Source of the DNA: Escherichia coli
GTDB taxonomy: Bacteria > Pseudomonadota > Gammaproteobacteria > Enterobacterales > Enterobacteriaceae
Direction: 5' to 3' (one strand)
DNA length: 64,000 nucleotides
NCBI RefSeq assembly: GCF_024700885.2
Contig: NZ_CP117016.1
In this document: positions 1-14,130 of the stretch, piece by piece
How the letters are laid out: each line of letters starts with the position of its first letter
Position numbering within the stretch: position 1 is the first letter of the stretch
Position numbers and translations under genes: made by a program
Notes under the pieces: generated by a model
Told to the model about the DNA's origin: nothing
Seen by the model: only the letters and a program-made list of their open reading frames with translations
Databases searched by the model: none

Positions 1-20
1 TCAGGTATGGTGCTGGCCTG

Positions 21-1685
<1,665 letters not shown>

Positions 1686-1772
1686 TTAATATGTCAAAAG
1701 ATTGGCTATCGACGAACAGGCGAGGTAACGCTATGTTAACGGTGTAGCTATCAGAATACGGAAGGCGCGAAG

Positions 1773-2516
1773 ATGAAAAACACCGAACTGGAACAACTGA
1801 TTAACGAAAAACTGAACAGCGCGGCGATTAGTGATTACGCGCCGAATGGTTTGCAGGTGGAAGGCAAAGAGACGGTGCAAAAAATTGTTACCGGTGTCAC
1901 TGCCAGCCAGGCTTTGCTCGATGAGGCAGTGCGTCTGGGCGCGGATGCGGTCATTGTGCATCATGGCTACTTCTGGAAAGGCGAATCTCCGGTCATTCGC
2001 GGCATGAAGCGTAACCGTTTAAAAACGTTGCTGGCAAATGATATCAACCTGTATGGCTGGCATTTGCCGCTTGACGCACATCCTGAGCTGGGCAATAACG
2101 CACAGCTGGCGGCGTTACTGGGGATCACGGTCATGGGCGAAATTGAGTCGTTGGTGCCGTGGGGCGAACTGACCATGCCTGTGCCGGGACTGGAACTAGC
2201 CTCTTGGATTGAAGCGCGTCTGGGACGTAAGCCGTTATGGTGTGGCGATACCGGACCTGAGGTGGTCCAGCGCGTTGCCTGGTGCACGGGCGGCGGGCAA
2301 AGTTTTATCGATAGCGCCGCGCGTTTTGGCGTGGATGCTTTTATTACTGGCGAAGTTTCTGAACAGACCATTCATTCAGCCCGCGAGCAGGGATTGCATT
2401 TTTATGCTGCGGGTCACCATGCCACTGAACGTGGTGGTATTCGCGCGTTGAGCGAGTGGCTGAATGAAAATACCGATCTTGATGTGACCTTTATTGATAT
2501 TCCTAATCCTGCATAA
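1773..2516 (+). CDS. ybgI: NIF3-family metal-binding protein YbgI, 247 aa
   Basis: ORF length and sequence consistent with E. coli YbgI; position upstream of pxpBCA. Confidence 0.92.
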   Translation: MKNTELEQLINEKLNSAAISDYAPNGLQVEGKETVQKIVTGVTASQALLDEAVRLGADAVIVHHGYFWKGESPVIRGMKRNRLKTLLANDINLYGWHLPLDAHPELGNNAQLAALLGITVMGEIESLVPWGELTMPVPGLELASWIEARLGRKPLWCGDTGPEVVQRVAWCTGGGQSFIDSAARFGVDAFITGEVSEQTIHSAREQGLHFYAAGHHATERGGIRALSEWLNENTDLDVTFIDIPNPA

Positions 2517-2538
2517 CGAATAATCAGAGGGATCGAAA

Positions 2539-3195
2539 GTGCAACGAGCGCGTTGTTATCTGATAGGTGAAACGGCGGTAGTGCTGGAGCTGGAACCGCC
2601 GGTGACGCTGGCTAGCCAGAAACGGATCTGGCGACTGGCGCAGCGTCTGGTGGATATGCCGAATGTGGTTGAAGCCATTCCCGGCATGAACAATATCACG
2701 GTGATTTTACGTAATCCTGAGTCGCTGGCGCTGGATGCCATAGAGCGTTTGCAACGCTGGTGGGAGGAGAGCGAGGCGCTGGAGCCGGAGTCTCGCTTTA
2801 TTGAAATTCCGGTGGTTTACGGTGGCGCAGGCGGACCGGATCTGGCGGTGGTCGCGGCGCATTGTGGGTTGAGCGAAAAACAGGTTGTTGAATTGCACTC
2901 CTCCGTGGAATACGTGGTCTGGTTTTTAGGTTTTCAACCGGGCTTCCCGTATCTCGGGAGTTTGCCGGAACAACTACACACGCCACGGCGCGCTGAACCG
3001 CGCTTGCTCGTTCCGGCAGGTTCTGTCGGGATCGGCGGGCCGCAGACCGGTGTTTATCCGCTGGCAACGCCGGGTGGCTGGCAGTTGATTGGTCATACCT
3101 CACTCAGCCTGTTTGATCCGGCGCGTGACGAACCCATCTTATTACGTCCGGGAGACAGCGTGCGCTTTGTACCGCAGAAGGAGGGAGTATGCTGA
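2539..3195 (+). CDS. pxpB: 5-oxoprolinase subunit B (YbgJ), 218 aa
   Basis: ORF in ybgJKL operon arrangement; length matches K-12 PxpB. Confidence 0.9.
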
Positions 3196-4121
3196 AGATT
3201 ATTCGTGCGGGCATGTATACCACTGTGCAGGATGGCGGTCGTCACGGTTTTCGCCAGTCGGGTATCAGCCACTGCGGCGCACTGGATATGCCTGCGTTAC
3301 GCATTGCTAACCTGCTGGTGGGTAATGACGCCAATGCCCCCGCGCTGGAGATAACGCTCGGTCAGTTAACGGTAGAGTTCGAAACTGATGGTTGGTTTGC
3401 CCTGACGGGGGCAGGTTGCGAAGCGCGGCTGGATGATAATGCCGTCTGGACTGGCTGGCGCTTGCCGATGAAAGCAGGCCAGCGTTTAACGCTTAAACGC
3501 CCACAGCACGGGATGCGCAGTTATCTGGCGGTCGCGGGTGGTATTGATGTTCCGCCGGTAATGGGGTCATGCAGTACCGATCTCAAAGTGGGGATTGGCG
3601 GGCTGGAAGGCCGTTTACTGAAGGATGGTGACCGACTCCCGATGGGTAAATCGAAGCGTGATTTTATGGAAGCGCAGGGCGTTAAACAGCTGCTGTGGGG
3701 CAACCGCATTCGCGCCTTGCCGGGGCCGGAATATCATGAGTTCGATCGCGCCTCGCAGGATGCATTCTGGCGTTCGCCGTGGCAGCTTAGTCCGCAAAGT
3801 AACCGCATGGGCTATCGCTTACAGGGGCAAATTTTAAAACGCACCACCGATCGCGAACTGTTATCTCACGGTTTGTTGCCGGGTGTGGTGCAAGTGCCGC
3901 ATAACGGCCAGCCGATTGTGTTGATGAACGATGCGCAAACCACCGGTGGTTATCCGCGTATTGCCTGTATCATTGAGGCTGATATGTACCATCTGGCGCA
4001 AATTCCGCTCGGTCAGCCGATTCATTTTGTCCAGTGTTCACTGGAAGAGGCACTGAAAGCGCGGCAAGATCAACAACGTTATTTCGAACAATTAGCGTGG
4101 CGGCTGCACAATGAAAATTGA
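3189..4121 (+). CDS. pxpC: 5-oxoprolinase subunit C (YbgK), 310 aa
   Basis: Overlaps pxpB stop by 7 nt (translational coupling); length matches K-12 PxpC. Confidence 0.9.
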
Positions 4122-4845
4122 CCTGAACGCCGATCTGGGCGAAGGCTGCGCCAGCGACGCAGAGCTATTAACGCTGGTTTCCTCTGCCAATATTGCCTGT
4201 GGATTTCATGCAGGCGATGCGCAAATCATGCAGGCTTGCGTGCGTGAAGCAATAAAAAATGGTGTCGCGATTGGCGCTCACCCGAGTTTTCCCGACCGGG
4301 AAAATTTTGGTCGCAGTGCCATGCAGCTGCCGCCAGAAACCGTTTACGCCCAGACGCTGTATCAAATTGGCGCGCTGGCAGCGATTACCCGTGCGCAAGG
4401 GGGCGTAATGCGTCATGTCAAACCGCACGGCATGTTATACAACCAGGCGGCGAAAGAGGCACAACTGGCAGACGCCATCGCCAGAGCGGTATACGCTTGC
4501 GATCCGTCATTGATTCTCGTCGGGCTGGCGGGAAGCGAGCTGATTCGTGCAGGCAAGCGATATGGTCTGATAACGCGCGAGGAAGTGTTTGCCGATCGCG
4601 GTTATCAGGCTGACGGCTCGCTGGTGCCGCGAAGCCAGCCAGGCGCGTTGATTGAAAACGAAGAACAGGCGCTGGCGCAAACGTTGGAGATGGTGCAACA
4701 CGGCAGAGTCAAAAGTATCACCGGCGAATGGGCAACGGTCACGGCGCAAACGGTCTGCCTGCATGGCGATGGCGAGCACGCACTGGCATTCGCCCGCCGA
4801 CTACGCTCTACATTTGCCGAAAAGGGGATTGTTGTCGCAGCATAA
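4111..4845 (+). CDS. pxpA: 5-oxoprolinase subunit A (YbgL, LamB/YcsF family), 244 aa
   Basis: LamB/YcsF-like sequence; operon position after pxpC. Confidence 0.9.
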   Translation: MKIDLNADLGEGCASDAELLTLVSSANIACGFHAGDAQIMQACVREAIKNGVAIGAHPSFPDRENFGRSAMQLPPETVYAQTLYQIGALAAITRAQGGVMRHVKPHGMLYNQAAKEAQLADAIARAVYACDPSLILVGLAGSELIRAGKRYGLITREEVFADRGYQADGSLVPRSQPGALIENEEQALAQTLEMVQHGRVKSITGEWATVTAQTVCLHGDGEHALAFARRLRSTFAEKGIVVAA

Positions 4846-4880
4846 TCCCGCTTAATAAAGAATGAAAAAAGGATATCACC

Positions 4881-5672
4881 ATGCCTGAAGGCCCGGAGAT
4901 CCGCCGTGCAGCGGATAACCTGGAGGCGGCGATCAAAGGCAAACCACTAACTGATGTCTGGTTTGCCTTCCCGCAGTTAAAACCTTATCAATCACAACTT
5001 ATCGGTCAACACGTTAGCCATGTGGAAACGCGAGGTAAGGCGTTGTTAACTCATTTTTCCAACGGTTTAACGCTCTACAGCCATAATCAGCTTTACGGCG
5101 TCTGGCGCGTGGTTGAAACCGGCGAAGAGCCGCAGACCACGCGAGTATTGCGGGTAAAACTGCAAACGGCTGACAAAACCATTCTGCTTTATAGCGCCTC
5201 GGATATTGAGATGTTGACCCCGGAACAACTGACCACGCATCCGTTTTTACAACGCGTTGGCCCCGATGTGCTGGATCCGAATCTGACGCCGGAGGTGGTA
5301 AAGGAACGATTATTGTCGCCGCGCTTTCGTAACCGTCAGTTTGCTGGATTACTGCTCGATCAGGCGTTTCTGGCAGGACTTGGCAATTATTTGCGGGTGG
5401 AGATCCTCTGGCAGGTGGGGTTAACCGGCAATCATAAAGCGAAAGATCTCAGTGCGGCGCAACTGGATGCACTCGCACACGCGTTACTGGATATTCCTCG
5501 ACTTTCTTACGCTACGCGGGGGCAGGTGGATGAGAATAAACATCATGGGGCGTTGTTTCGCTTTAAGGTTTTTCATCGTGATGGCGAACCGTGTGAACGC
5601 TGTGGCAGCATCATTGAGAAAACCACGTTGTCCTCGCGCCCGTTTTACTGGTGTCCAGGCTGCCAACACTAG
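4881..5672 (+). CDS. nei: Endonuclease VIII (Fpg/Nei family DNA glycosylase), 263 aa
   Basis: N-terminal MPEGPEI motif typical of Fpg/Nei family; C-terminal zinc finger CxxC...CxxC; conserved position. Confidence 0.95.
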   Translation: MPEGPEIRRAADNLEAAIKGKPLTDVWFAFPQLKPYQSQLIGQHVSHVETRGKALLTHFSNGLTLYSHNQLYGVWRVVETGEEPQTTRVLRVKLQTADKTILLYSASDIEMLTPEQLTTHPFLQRVGPDVLDPNLTPEVVKERLLSPRFRNRQFAGLLLDQAFLAGLGNYLRVEILWQVGLTGNHKAKDLSAAQLDALAHALLDIPRLSYATRGQVDENKHHGALFRFKVFHRDGEPCERCGSIIEKTTLSSRPFYWCPGCQH

Positions 5673-6715
5673 GCCGACCGCTTCGGCGCATAGGTTGAAA
5701 TAAACCGCGCAATGGCTGGCCCCGTCAGCAAAATACTGAACAGGCGCAGGGTTTGCATCGCCATAATAAGCGCCATATCGGCATTGCTCCCTGCGGCGAT
5801 GACCGCCACGGTATCAAGCCCGCCGGGGCTGGTGGCGAGGTAGGCAGTCATAAAATCAATATGCATAAACCGGGTCAGTCCCCACGCCATACCTGCACAA
5901 ATAGCCAGCAGAGCAAAAATCGACAGCAAGATTTGTGGCAGCGGGCGCAATGCCCGCAGTAAGATTTGCTTATCGAAACCAAGACCAATCCGCCAGCCAA
6001 TTGCCATATACGCCATCGCCAGCAGCCATTCCGGGAGTTCAATCGTGATGAGCTGACCAGACTGGAGCACTGCGCCCGCCAGCATCGGGATGAGCATCGT
6101 GCCGGAAGGAAGACGTAGCAAACATCCCGCCGTACCGGCAACGACCGCGAGCAAAATCGTAAGCAGGAGATTAATGCTCACTGGCGGGAACCAGACGATC
6201 TGCTGGTTAACCGCTTCAGCGTTATCGCCCAGCATCATGCGGGTGACCAGAACAGCGGCCCCCGCGACGAACAGCACTCGCAGATATTGCATAAACGCCA
6301 CCAGGCGAATATCTGCGCCGTAATCTTGCGCCATAGCGACCATTGCCGCCGCGCCGCCAGGAGAAGAACCCCAGGCACCGGTATTTCCAGGCAGTGAGCT
6401 ATAGCGCACCAGTAGCCACCCAACAATGGCGCTGGAAAGCAGCGTCACCAGTAAAATTGTAAGCACGATCGGCCAGTTGACGGCCAGCGTGGTGAGAATC
6501 GAACCAGTGAGGTTTTGCGCAATCATGCAGCCAAGAATGGCCTGGGCGGCGAGAAAAGCAGAGCGGGGAAGTTGCAGAGTAATTCCGCGCATACTAAAGA
6601 TGATCCCGGCGATCATCGGTCCAAGTAATAGCGCCGCCGGGAGATGTAATCCGAGGAAGCCAATAGAAAGGAGAAGTGAGAGCACACATAACATTCCCCA
6701 CTGCAAAACTGGCAT
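5669..6715 (-). CDS. abrB: AbrB-family membrane protein (putative regulator/transporter), 348 aa
   Basis: Hydrophobic multi-pass ORF; start placed at [10 protein letters not shown] (ORF-track start 26 codons further upstream is probably not used) to match the K-12 length. Confidence 0.85.
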   Translation of the reverse strand: MPVLQWGMLCVLSLLLSIGFLGLHLPAALLLGPMIAGIIFSMRGITLQLPRSAFLAAQAILGCMIAQNLTGSILTTLAVNWPIVLTILLVTLLSSAIVGWLLVRYSSLPGNTGAWGSSPGGAAAMVAMAQDYGADIRLVAFMQYLRVLFVAGAAVLVTRMMLGDNAEAVNQQIVWFPPVSINLLLTILLAVVAGTAGCLLRLPSGTMLIPMLAGAVLQSGQLITIELPEWLLAMAYMAIGWRIGLGFDKQILLRALRPLPQILLSIFALLAICAGMAWGLTRFMHIDFMTAYLATSPGGLDTVAVIAAGSNADMALIMAMQTLRLFSILLTGPAIARFISTYAPKRSA

Positions 6716-6867
6716 CCTTCGCTCCCTCATTATTTTTTCTTTGGTGTATCGATACAGCATAAAGAAAGCCGGGCCAGGAAAAAATAACAGCAATCAAGGA
6801 AAAGGGGAAAATCAGCAATTTTCTGAAAGAGAGGCCCTTTACTGACTGCAAAGGGCATCATGATAAA

Positions 6868-7929
6868 TTAGTTATAGTTAATCTTAAAAAGCACCACTGT
6901 ATCGAAGGGACCCGCTTCGATGGGGGTGCCGGGAATGGACGAAAGTTCAGCCGTATAGGTTTTTTCGTAGATCAGCATATCGCTGGTGAAATCAGCATAT
7001 TCGCTGTATTTGTTGAAAGTATAGGGTGAAGAATTTTCATCCAGCAAACGTAGCTTCAGTCCATTACCAATCAGCAGTGCTTTATCCTCTTCAATCAATG
7101 TTTCTTCGGTATAAAACGAAGAGCTGACCTTAAATCCGTCGGTGCACTGGTCATTTTGTGATTTTGTCGTCTTAATACTGAATGTTTTCGACATTGTGTG
7201 GCGGCGAATATCCAGCAGGTTAAATTTACCAAAATCAATCACCTGTGTTTCTGGTGAAATAGAAAAATTGACGCTGCAATCCAGTACACGAATGTTTTCC
7301 AGACCAGTAATATGGTATTTCAGGTTTTGGGCGGTAGGGTCTTCGTTAACGCTACCGGCACCATCAAATTGCACGACGATGTAGTCGCTAAGCGTACTTT
7401 GATAATCATGCGGCGGTATTTCGCGAATCTTAACGTATAACCGCATACGAGCAAGAAAGGTTCGCGACATGTGAATATTAGCGGGGTCACCCGAGCATAT
7501 TTTGTTCTGCCAGCCCATCGCGATAATCTGCTCAGGGGTATAAATGTTAATGTTCTTACTGTCGATACACTGGTTGGTGTCGATGCGGCTTTTCCCCTGG
7601 TTGGCGTCATAATCAACGCCATTGTAAGTTACGCCGAGTTGATAATAGCGATCCTGCACCCCCGGGTAGGGGTTTACCCAGGCGTAGACATGCTCACTTT
7701 CAAAGTTGCCGTTGGTATTGTTGTCACAATAGACGGGAATTTTAATATCGTCAGATTCCCAAATCTTATCGCCGGGTTTGGCATTGCCTGGTACAGCAAA
7801 AGGTTGAATCACTTCTGATTTTTCTACCGAACCACCGGATGAACCAAAGTAGCAGTTCAGGGCAAGCGCAGACTTCAACGGCAGAAATACCAGACAGATG
7901 ACGAGCAACACTCCCTTGCCAGCACTCAT
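6868..7929 (-). CDS. ybgO: Putative fimbrial adhesin/minor subunit YbgO, about 353 aa
   Basis: Last gene of chaperone-usher operon; signal-peptide-like N-terminus; start placed at MSAGKG, a 4-nt overlap with the ybgP stop. Confidence 0.85.
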   Translation of the reverse strand: MSAGKGVLLVICLVFLPLKSALALNCYFGSSGGSVEKSEVIQPFAVPGNAKPGDKIWESDDIKIPVYCDNNTNGNFESEHVYAWVNPYPGVQDRYYQLGVTYNGVDYDANQGKSRIDTNQCIDSKNINIYTPEQIIAMGWQNKICSGDPANIHMSRTFLARMRLYVKIREIPPHDYQSTLSDYIVVQFDGAGSVNEDPTAQNLKYHITGLENIRVLDCSVNFSISPETQVIDFGKFNLLDIRRHTMSKTFSIKTTKSQNDQCTDGFKVSSSFYTEETLIEEDKALLIGNGLKLRLLDENSSPYTFNKYSEYADFTSDMLIYEKTYTAELSSIPGTPIEAGPFDTVVLFKINYN

Positions 7930-8657
7930 TTCTTCGCCTCCACTGCTTGTAAACGGCATTGTCCGCTGCAGTTGAGCGTCGTCATGCGTAACGCGCCGTA
8001 ATCATCCATATAACCGAGATAAAACTGCCTGCCGCTATAACTTCCGGTGTTTGTAATTACTGTACTAAAAGGCGCAACCATCACGGTTTTGAAGCCCGGG
8101 AGAATACCTTGCTCATTTCGTCCCAGGTAGGCGATTGTCAGGTAATAGCCGGTCGGGTTTTTTAAGTTAAGTTGATTGCCCTGCTGGCTGACTTGTAACT
8201 GTAGCTCGACTTTTTCTCCTGCTTTCTTGCGTAACGCGGACGGTCTCCAGAACACCTTGATACGACTCTGGATAGCGACTTGCAGAACGGCATGGTCGCT
8301 ATTTTTTTCCGGGGCGGGAGGAATTTCACGCATATTGTAGAAAAATAGCGTTTCGCGATCGCCCGGTAATTTTGTGGTCGAGGCTTGCTTTACTATCCGT
8401 ACCTGCGTTGTTGCTTTCGGTTCCAGACGTTGTATCGGTGGCAGGGCAACCAGAAGATCATCGCTTTTCTCCCCTTTTTCATTTTCGAGCCAGGAATAAG
8501 CGAGGTAGGGGAGTTTATCGCTACGATTATCCACTCGCAGGCTGGTGGCTTTATCATTAGCGTTAAACACAATGCGAGTGCGATCGGGTTGTAGCGCAGC
8601 GTAGCTGCACAGACTGGCAATCAACAACAAAAGGGGAAGTCCTTTCATAAATGTCAT
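7926..8657 (-). CDS. ybgP: Periplasmic fimbrial chaperone YbgP (PapD-like), 243 aa
   Basis: Size and signal peptide typical of PapD-family chaperones; sits between usher and adhesin genes. Confidence 0.88.
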   Translation of the reverse strand: MTFMKGLPLLLLIASLCSYAALQPDRTRIVFNANDKATSLRVDNRSDKLPYLAYSWLENEKGEKSDDLLVALPPIQRLEPKATTQVRIVKQASTTKLPGDRETLFFYNMREIPPAPEKNSDHAVLQVAIQSRIKVFWRPSALRKKAGEKVELQLQVSQQGNQLNLKNPTGYYLTIAYLGRNEQGILPGFKTVMVAPFSTVITNTGSYSGRQFYLGYMDDYGALRMTTLNCSGQCRLQAVEAKK

Positions 8658-8672
8658 TTTTCATTTCCTTAA

Positions 8673-11132
8673 TTAATGACAAGGTAAAATCAGGCGATTT
8701 GCGGTGTCTTCCATATGTTCAGGAAGATGGATCGAGCAACGCTGGCTATCACCCCAGACCACGGTAAATTGTTGATTTTCAGCGACTCCACTTAACCAGG
8801 CGTGTCCTTCCTCGCCAACCATCCCCACGCTAATGCCGCTATCCTCCTGGCGGATATCCGCACCGAGGGGAGGGAACTGACCGCTGGCGTTGCGAATGAT
8901 GACGTTAACGTCTTTACCGGAACGGGAAGCCAGCGATTTGTAACCTATCGCGCCTTCAATCCACGTTTCTTTGATAACGTTTTCTGCCACTGTTACGCCG
9001 TCGGGTAAATCATTCATGTTCACCGCCACGGTGGAAGGCTGATAACTGGAAATCAACGGCACCACCGCAATGCCAAAATGGTTGGTGTAGTCGAGATTGC
9101 CCTGAACCGGAATATCTGCCACGCCATCAGTACTGACCATCAGACGTGGTTCATTGGTGGAGCTGCGACGATGGAACGCCGCACCATATTGAGTTGCCGT
9201 GAAAGAACCGCTCCAGCTGCTGCTGACGGAACTGTAATCATTGGCGGCATAGGTACCAGAAATATCCCACTCACCCGCTGAACTCAGGTGCTGATAGTTA
9301 CCGCTCACCTGGGCTCCATTATCCGGACGGTCGGATTGCAGTCCGGTAGACATGCCCCAGCTATTACGTTCATCTAACGTATCATTCCACGACATGCGGT
9401 GCGTGGTGCTGTGACTACTGTTTTGCATGTCATAACCGACCCGCCCCCCGTTACCGAAGGGGAGCGAAATCGACAGGTAAATCTGATTGTCGCGATCTTT
9501 ATCTTCGTAATGGGTTGTATTGAATGACGTCGAGATCGAGATATCTCTCCAGTTACCAATATCAACATTAAAACCCGCCGTGATGTTGGCGGTCGTGGAG
9601 GCGTCTGCATTCCACCAGGTTTGATGCAGCAGGTTGGCGTACAGATTGAGGTTCAGTGGGGTAATCGGTTGCCCCACGGATAAGCTGATCGTCTGTTTTT
9701 CGTCCTGCGCATCGTTGTCGTTGTATTTGTGATCCAGATAGTTGGCGTAGCTGTGAAAATGACGATCTGAGAAGCGATAAGCGGCGAGCGAAATCGTGCT
9801 GTTAGTGGCATCCACTTGTTTGCTGTAATTAAAGCGGTAACTTAAGCCCCGCTCGTCCTGCTGAGTATCAAACTGACTACTGGCCCAGGTGACATCAAAC
9901 GACAATGCACCAAGCCAGAGCATATTTTGCCCGATACCCATTGCGGCAGAATGGTAGTCGTCACCCGAAATCAGCAGGCCGCCGTACAGTGAGGTATTTG
10001 ACAGCATCCCCCAGGAAACTTCATTGCTAAAAAAGGTTTCATTTTCAGTTTGATGAGACATAGATGTTCGCGGCTGACCGGCAGCAAGTTTATAGCGAAC
10101 CTGCCCCTGGCGCGTAAGGAAAGGCGTCGATGCTGCCGAAACCTGGAAATTGTTCACCCGACCATCTTCTTCCGTCACTTTGACATCCAACGTACCCTGG
10201 ACGGACTGATTAAGGTCATCAATGATAAACGGACCTGGTGGGACTTTTTTCTGGTAAATAACTCGCCCTGAGTGACTCACGGTGACGGTGGCGTTGGTTT
10301 GTGCAATGCCGCTGATTTGTGGGGCGTAGCCGCGTAGCTCCCACGGTAACATCCGATCGTCACTTGCCAGTGCCGCGCCGGTATAAGAAAAGCCGTCGAA
10401 AATATTGGAACTGAAATCCGTTTCACCAAGGGTTAATTTTGAACCTAATTGCGGTAATGGACGAAAAAGATAGGTGCGTGATATTTCGCCTGACTGTTCA
10501 TGGTTATCATCGCTATCGGTCTGATTCAATTGGTAATCACTGCGTAAACGCCATGCTCCCGCGTTAATTCCGGCTGTTCCATAGGCGTTCAGGTTAGTGC
10601 TGTTGCTACCATCCTGTGGGCGGTAGCTGCTGGCAAACAGGTTGTAGTCCATCAGGACGCCGGCGACACCTTCTTTCCATGTTGAGGGGGGAGTCCAGTT
10701 ATCTGAGTGCCACGCCAGCCAGGCTTGTGGAATAGTGATATTCAGTTGCTGGCTAGCCTGATCAAAAATGAAGAGAATTTCAGGCCGGGAGCTAAAATCG
10801 ACGCACTGGTTTAACCGTGGTAACGACTGACGAACTTCAGGTTTTAAACCAAATTTATCTACCAGTAAATCATTAATACACGGAATGGTTTGGTCACCGT
10901 TCTTTTTCCAGTCAATTTTTTGTCCGTTACTGATTTGGTTGTTATTCACCGCAACGCTAACAAAATATTCACCGGGAGCAATGCCCCCTTTTTCCTTTAA
11001 TAATGAAATATCAATGCGATCTCGCATCGATTTATCGAGGACATTCAGGTTGAATTCGACCGCCAATGCGGAAGGTATCGCCATGACCAGGCAGGATATA
11101 AAAGAGAGTCGATAAATATTCACGGTGTCCAT
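8673..11132 (-). CDS. ybgQ: Outer-membrane fimbrial usher YbgQ, about 819 aa
   Basis: Usher-sized ORF ending with the LILPCH-type C-terminus; start placed at MDTVNIYRLS (ORF track extends 14 codons upstream); exact start uncertain. Confidence 0.85.
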   Translation of the reverse strand: MDTVNIYRLSFISCLVMAIPSALAVEFNLNVLDKSMRDRIDISLLKEKGGIAPGEYFVSVAVNNNQISNGQKIDWKKNGDQTIPCINDLLVDKFGLKPEVRQSLPRLNQCVDFSSRPEILFIFDQASQQLNITIPQAWLAWHSDNWTPPSTWKEGVAGVLMDYNLFASSYRPQDGSNSTNLNAYGTAGINAGAWRLRSDYQLNQTDSDDNHEQSGEISRTYLFRPLPQLGSKLTLGETDFSSNIFDGFSYTGAALASDDRMLPWELRGYAPQISGIAQTNATVTVSHSGRVIYQKKVPPGPFIIDDLNQSVQGTLDVKVTEEDGRVNNFQVSAASTPFLTRQGQVRYKLAAGQPRTSMSHQTENETFFSNEVSWGMLSNTSLYGGLLISGDDYHSAAMGIGQNMLWLGALSFDVTWASSQFDTQQDERGLSYRFNYSKQVDATNSTISLAAYRFSDRHFHSYANYLDHKYNDNDAQDEKQTISLSVGQPITPLNLNLYANLLHQTWWNADASTTANITAGFNVDIGNWRDISISTSFNTTHYEDKDRDNQIYLSISLPFGNGGRVGYDMQNSSHSTTHRMSWNDTLDERNSWGMSTGLQSDRPDNGAQVSGNYQHLSSAGEWDISGTYAANDYSSVSSSWSGSFTATQYGAAFHRRSSTNEPRLMVSTDGVADIPVQGNLDYTNHFGIAVVPLISSYQPSTVAVNMNDLPDGVTVAENVIKETWIEGAIGYKSLASRSGKDVNVIIRNASGQFPPLGADIRQEDSGISVGMVGEEGHAWLSGVAENQQFTVVWGDSQRCSIHLPEHMEDTANRLILPCH

Positions 11133-11182
11133 ACCTGATAAATATTTGAAGAAAGGCGGCGATGACGCCGCCAAAGTGATAC

Positions 11183-11749
11183 TTATTTATAATCCAGTAC
11201 GTAGGTCGCATTCGCCGTAACTGCGCCTGGTGTTACGGGCGTAGCCTGATCAATTTGTTCCATCCACGCAAAGAAATTTAACGTTTGTTCGCTGGAGGTT
11301 GGTGCCAGGTCGATATCTGGAGTAGCGGTGCCTAAAACGATATTGCTTTGATCTTTATTCATTAAACGCACGCCGACACCGGTCGCTTCACCCGTGCTGG
11401 TGTTGTTGAGAATCGGATCTGCGCCGGTGGTTTTCGCTGAGCTTTCAAAGGTGACTGCAACTTTAGAAATCTTGCCGCCGGAACCGTTGTTGGAGTTTTC
11501 CAGATCGCAGTTGACTAAGCGCAGGTCGACAGCAACGGCATCGCTGTGATGCGACTGATTAATATGGCTGGTGGTCACCTGACCGAGTTCAACCTCTTTA
11601 TCAATATCATCCTGATGTATTTCACACGGTGCTTCAATAACTTCACCTTTAAAGTGAATTTCACCGGATCCTTCATCAGCCGCATAAACAGGTGCTGTGA
11701 ATAGCAGAGATATGGCCAGTGCGGCCAATGTTTTTTGTCCTTTAAACAT
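11183..11749 (-). CDS. ybgD: Fimbrial major subunit YbgD, 188 aa
   Basis: Fimbrial subunit-like ORF with signal peptide MFKGQKTLAALAISLLFTAPVYA; first gene of the operon. Confidence 0.88.
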   Translation of the reverse strand: MFKGQKTLAALAISLLFTAPVYAADEGSGEIHFKGEVIEAPCEIHQDDIDKEVELGQVTTSHINQSHHSDAVAVDLRLVNCDLENSNNGSGGKISKVAVTFESSAKTTGADPILNNTSTGEATGVGVRLMNKDQSNIVLGTATPDIDLAPTSSEQTLNFFAWMEQIDQATPVTPGAVTANATYVLDYK

Positions 11750-12074
11750 AGCTGAGTCCTTTAAATAATGAGATAGAGTGTTGCGAGGCAAGAATATATT
11801 AACTGACAGTTGAATGTATTTGGTTTTATTTAACAATATTAAAAATCTTGTTATATAAAGAATGGAATAATTGAGTGTATAAATTTATTGTTTAATGAGA
11901 TGAAAGATGGGGTGGGATGGATATGCATAATTTTCATTGGGTTAACAATGCTACCGGCAGGAAAGTATAAAAATAAACTTATCATTCTGCTCAGTATGTG
12001 ACTTGTCACATTTTTTCACCTTATTAATGGGTATTTGCATCTGGTTTAATTTTTACAATTTATTATGTTCAGCC

Positions 12075-12110
12075 ATATAAAAAAGAACCCGCTCTATTAA
12101 AGGCGGGTCC
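12075..12110 (-). terminator. Rho-independent terminator downstream of gltA
   Basis: On the minus strand a GC stem (CCCGC...GCGGG) is followed by a T-run (TTCTTTTTTAT) immediately after the gltA stop. Confidence 0.7.
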
Positions 12111-12138
12111 GGAAAGTAAACGGCTTAGCAATCAACCA

Positions 12139-13422
12139 TTAACGCTTGATATCGCTTTTAAAGTCGCGTTTTTCATATCCTGTATACAGTTGACGCGGAC
12201 GGGCAATCTTCATACCGTCACTGTGCATTTCGCTCCAGTGGGCGATCCAGCCAACGGTACGTGCCATAGCGAAGATCACGGTGAACATAGAAGACGGAAT
12301 ACCCATCGCTTTCAGGATGATACCAGAGTAGAAATCGACGTTCGGGTAGAGTTTCTTCTCGATAAAGTACGGGTCGTTCAGCGCGATGTTTTCCAGCTCC
12401 ATAGCCACTTCCAGCAGGTCATCTTTGGTACCCAGCTCTTTCAGCACTTCATGGCAGGTTTCACGCATTACGGTGGCGCGCGGGTCGTAATTTTTGTACA
12501 CGCGGTGCCCGAAGCCCATCAGGCGGAAAGAGTCATTTTTGTCTTTCGCACGACGAACAAATTCCGGAATGTGTTTAACGGAGCTGATTTCTTCCAGCAT
12601 TTTCAGCGCCGCTTCGTTAGCACCACCGTGCGCAGGTCCCCACAGTGAAGCAATACCTGCTGCGATACAGGCAAACGGGTTCGCACCCGAAGAGCCAGCG
12701 GTACGCACGGTGGAGGTAGAGGCGTTCTGTTCATGGTCAGCGTGCAGGATCAGAATACGGTCCATAGCACGTTCCAGAATCGGATTAACTTCATACGGTT
12801 CGCACGGCGTGGAGAACATCATATTCAGGAAGTTACCGGCGTAGGAGAGATCGTTGCGCGGGTAAACAAATGGCTGACCAATGGAATACTTGTAACACAT
12901 CGCGGCCATGGTCGGCATTTTCGACAGCAGGCGGAACGCGGCAATTTCACGGTGACGAGGATTGTTAACATCCAGCGAGTCGTGATAGAACGCTGCCAGC
13001 GCGCCGGTAATACCACACATGACTGCCATTGGATGCGAGTCGCGACGGAAAGCATGGAACAGACGGGTAATCTGCTCGTGGATCATGGTATGACGGGTCA
13101 CCGTAGTTTTAAATTCGTCATACTGTTCCTGAGTCGGTTTTTCACCATTCAGCAGGATGTAACAAACTTCCAGGTAGTTAGAATCGGTCGCCAGCTGATC
13201 GATCGGGAAACCGCGGTGCAGCAAAATACCTTCATCACCATCAATAAAAGTAATTTTAGATTCGCAGGATGCGGTTGAAGTGAAGCCAGGGTCAAAGGTG
13301 AACACACCTTTTGAACCGAGAGTACGGATATCAATAACATCTTGACCCAGCGTGCCTTTCAGCACATCCAGTTCAACAGCTGTGTCCCCGTTGAGGGTGA
13401 GTTTTGCTTTTGTATCAGCCAT
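12139..13422 (-). CDS. gltA: Citrate synthase, 427 aa
   Basis: Sequence [35 protein letters not shown] matches E. coli GltA; divergent from sdhCDAB. Confidence 0.97.
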   Translation of the reverse strand: MADTKAKLTLNGDTAVELDVLKGTLGQDVIDIRTLGSKGVFTFDPGFTSTASCESKITFIDGDEGILLHRGFPIDQLATDSNYLEVCYILLNGEKPTQEQYDEFKTTVTRHTMIHEQITRLFHAFRRDSHPMAVMCGITGALAAFYHDSLDVNNPRHREIAAFRLLSKMPTMAAMCYKYSIGQPFVYPRNDLSYAGNFLNMMFSTPCEPYEVNPILERAMDRILILHADHEQNASTSTVRTAGSSGANPFACIAAGIASLWGPAHGGANEAALKMLEEISSVKHIPEFVRRAKDKNDSFRLMGFGHRVYKNYDPRATVMRETCHEVLKELGTKDDLLEVAMELENIALNDPYFIEKKLYPNVDFYSGIILKAMGIPSSMFTVIFAMARTVGWIAHWSEMHSDGMKIARPRQLYTGYEKRDFKSDIKR

Positions 13423-14130
13423 TTAAGGTCTCCTTAGCGCCTTATTGCGTAAGACTGCCGGAACTTAAATTTGCCTTCGCACATCAACCTGGCTTTACCC
13501 GTTTGTTATTTGGCTCGCCGCTCTGTGAAAGAGGGGAAAACCTGGGTACAGAGCTCTGGGCGCTTGCAGGTAAAGGATCCATTGATGACGAATAAATGGC
13601 GAATCAAGTACTTAGCAATCCGAATTATTAAACTTGTCTACCACTAATAACTGTCCCGAATGAATTGGTCAATACTTCCACACTGTTACATAAGTTAATC
13701 TTAGGTGAAATACCGACTTCATAACTTTTACGCATTATATGCTTTTCCTGGTAATGTTTGTAACAACTTTGTTGAATGATTGTCAAATTAGATGATTAAA
13801 AATTAAATAAATGTTGTTATCGTGACCTGGATCACTGTTCAGGATAAAACCCGACAAACTATATGTAGGTTAATTGTAATGATTTTGTGAACGGCCTATA
13901 CTGCCGCCAGGTCTCCGGAACACCCTGCAATCCCGAGCCACCCAGCGTTGTAACGTGTCGTTTTCGCATCTGGAAGCAGTGTTTTGCATGACGCGCAGTT
14001 ATAGAAAGGACGCTGTCTGACCCGCAAGCAGACCGGAGGAAGGAAATCCCGACGTCTCCAGGTAACAGAAAGTTAACCTCTGTGCCCGTAGTCCCCAGGG
14101 AATAATAAGAACAGCATGTGGGCGTTATTC
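13423..14130. promoter_or_regulatory. gltA-sdhC divergent promoter/regulatory intergenic region
   Basis: About 700-bp AT-rich intergenic region between divergent gltA and sdhC; individual promoter and ArcA/CRP sites not mapped by eye. Confidence 0.6.
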
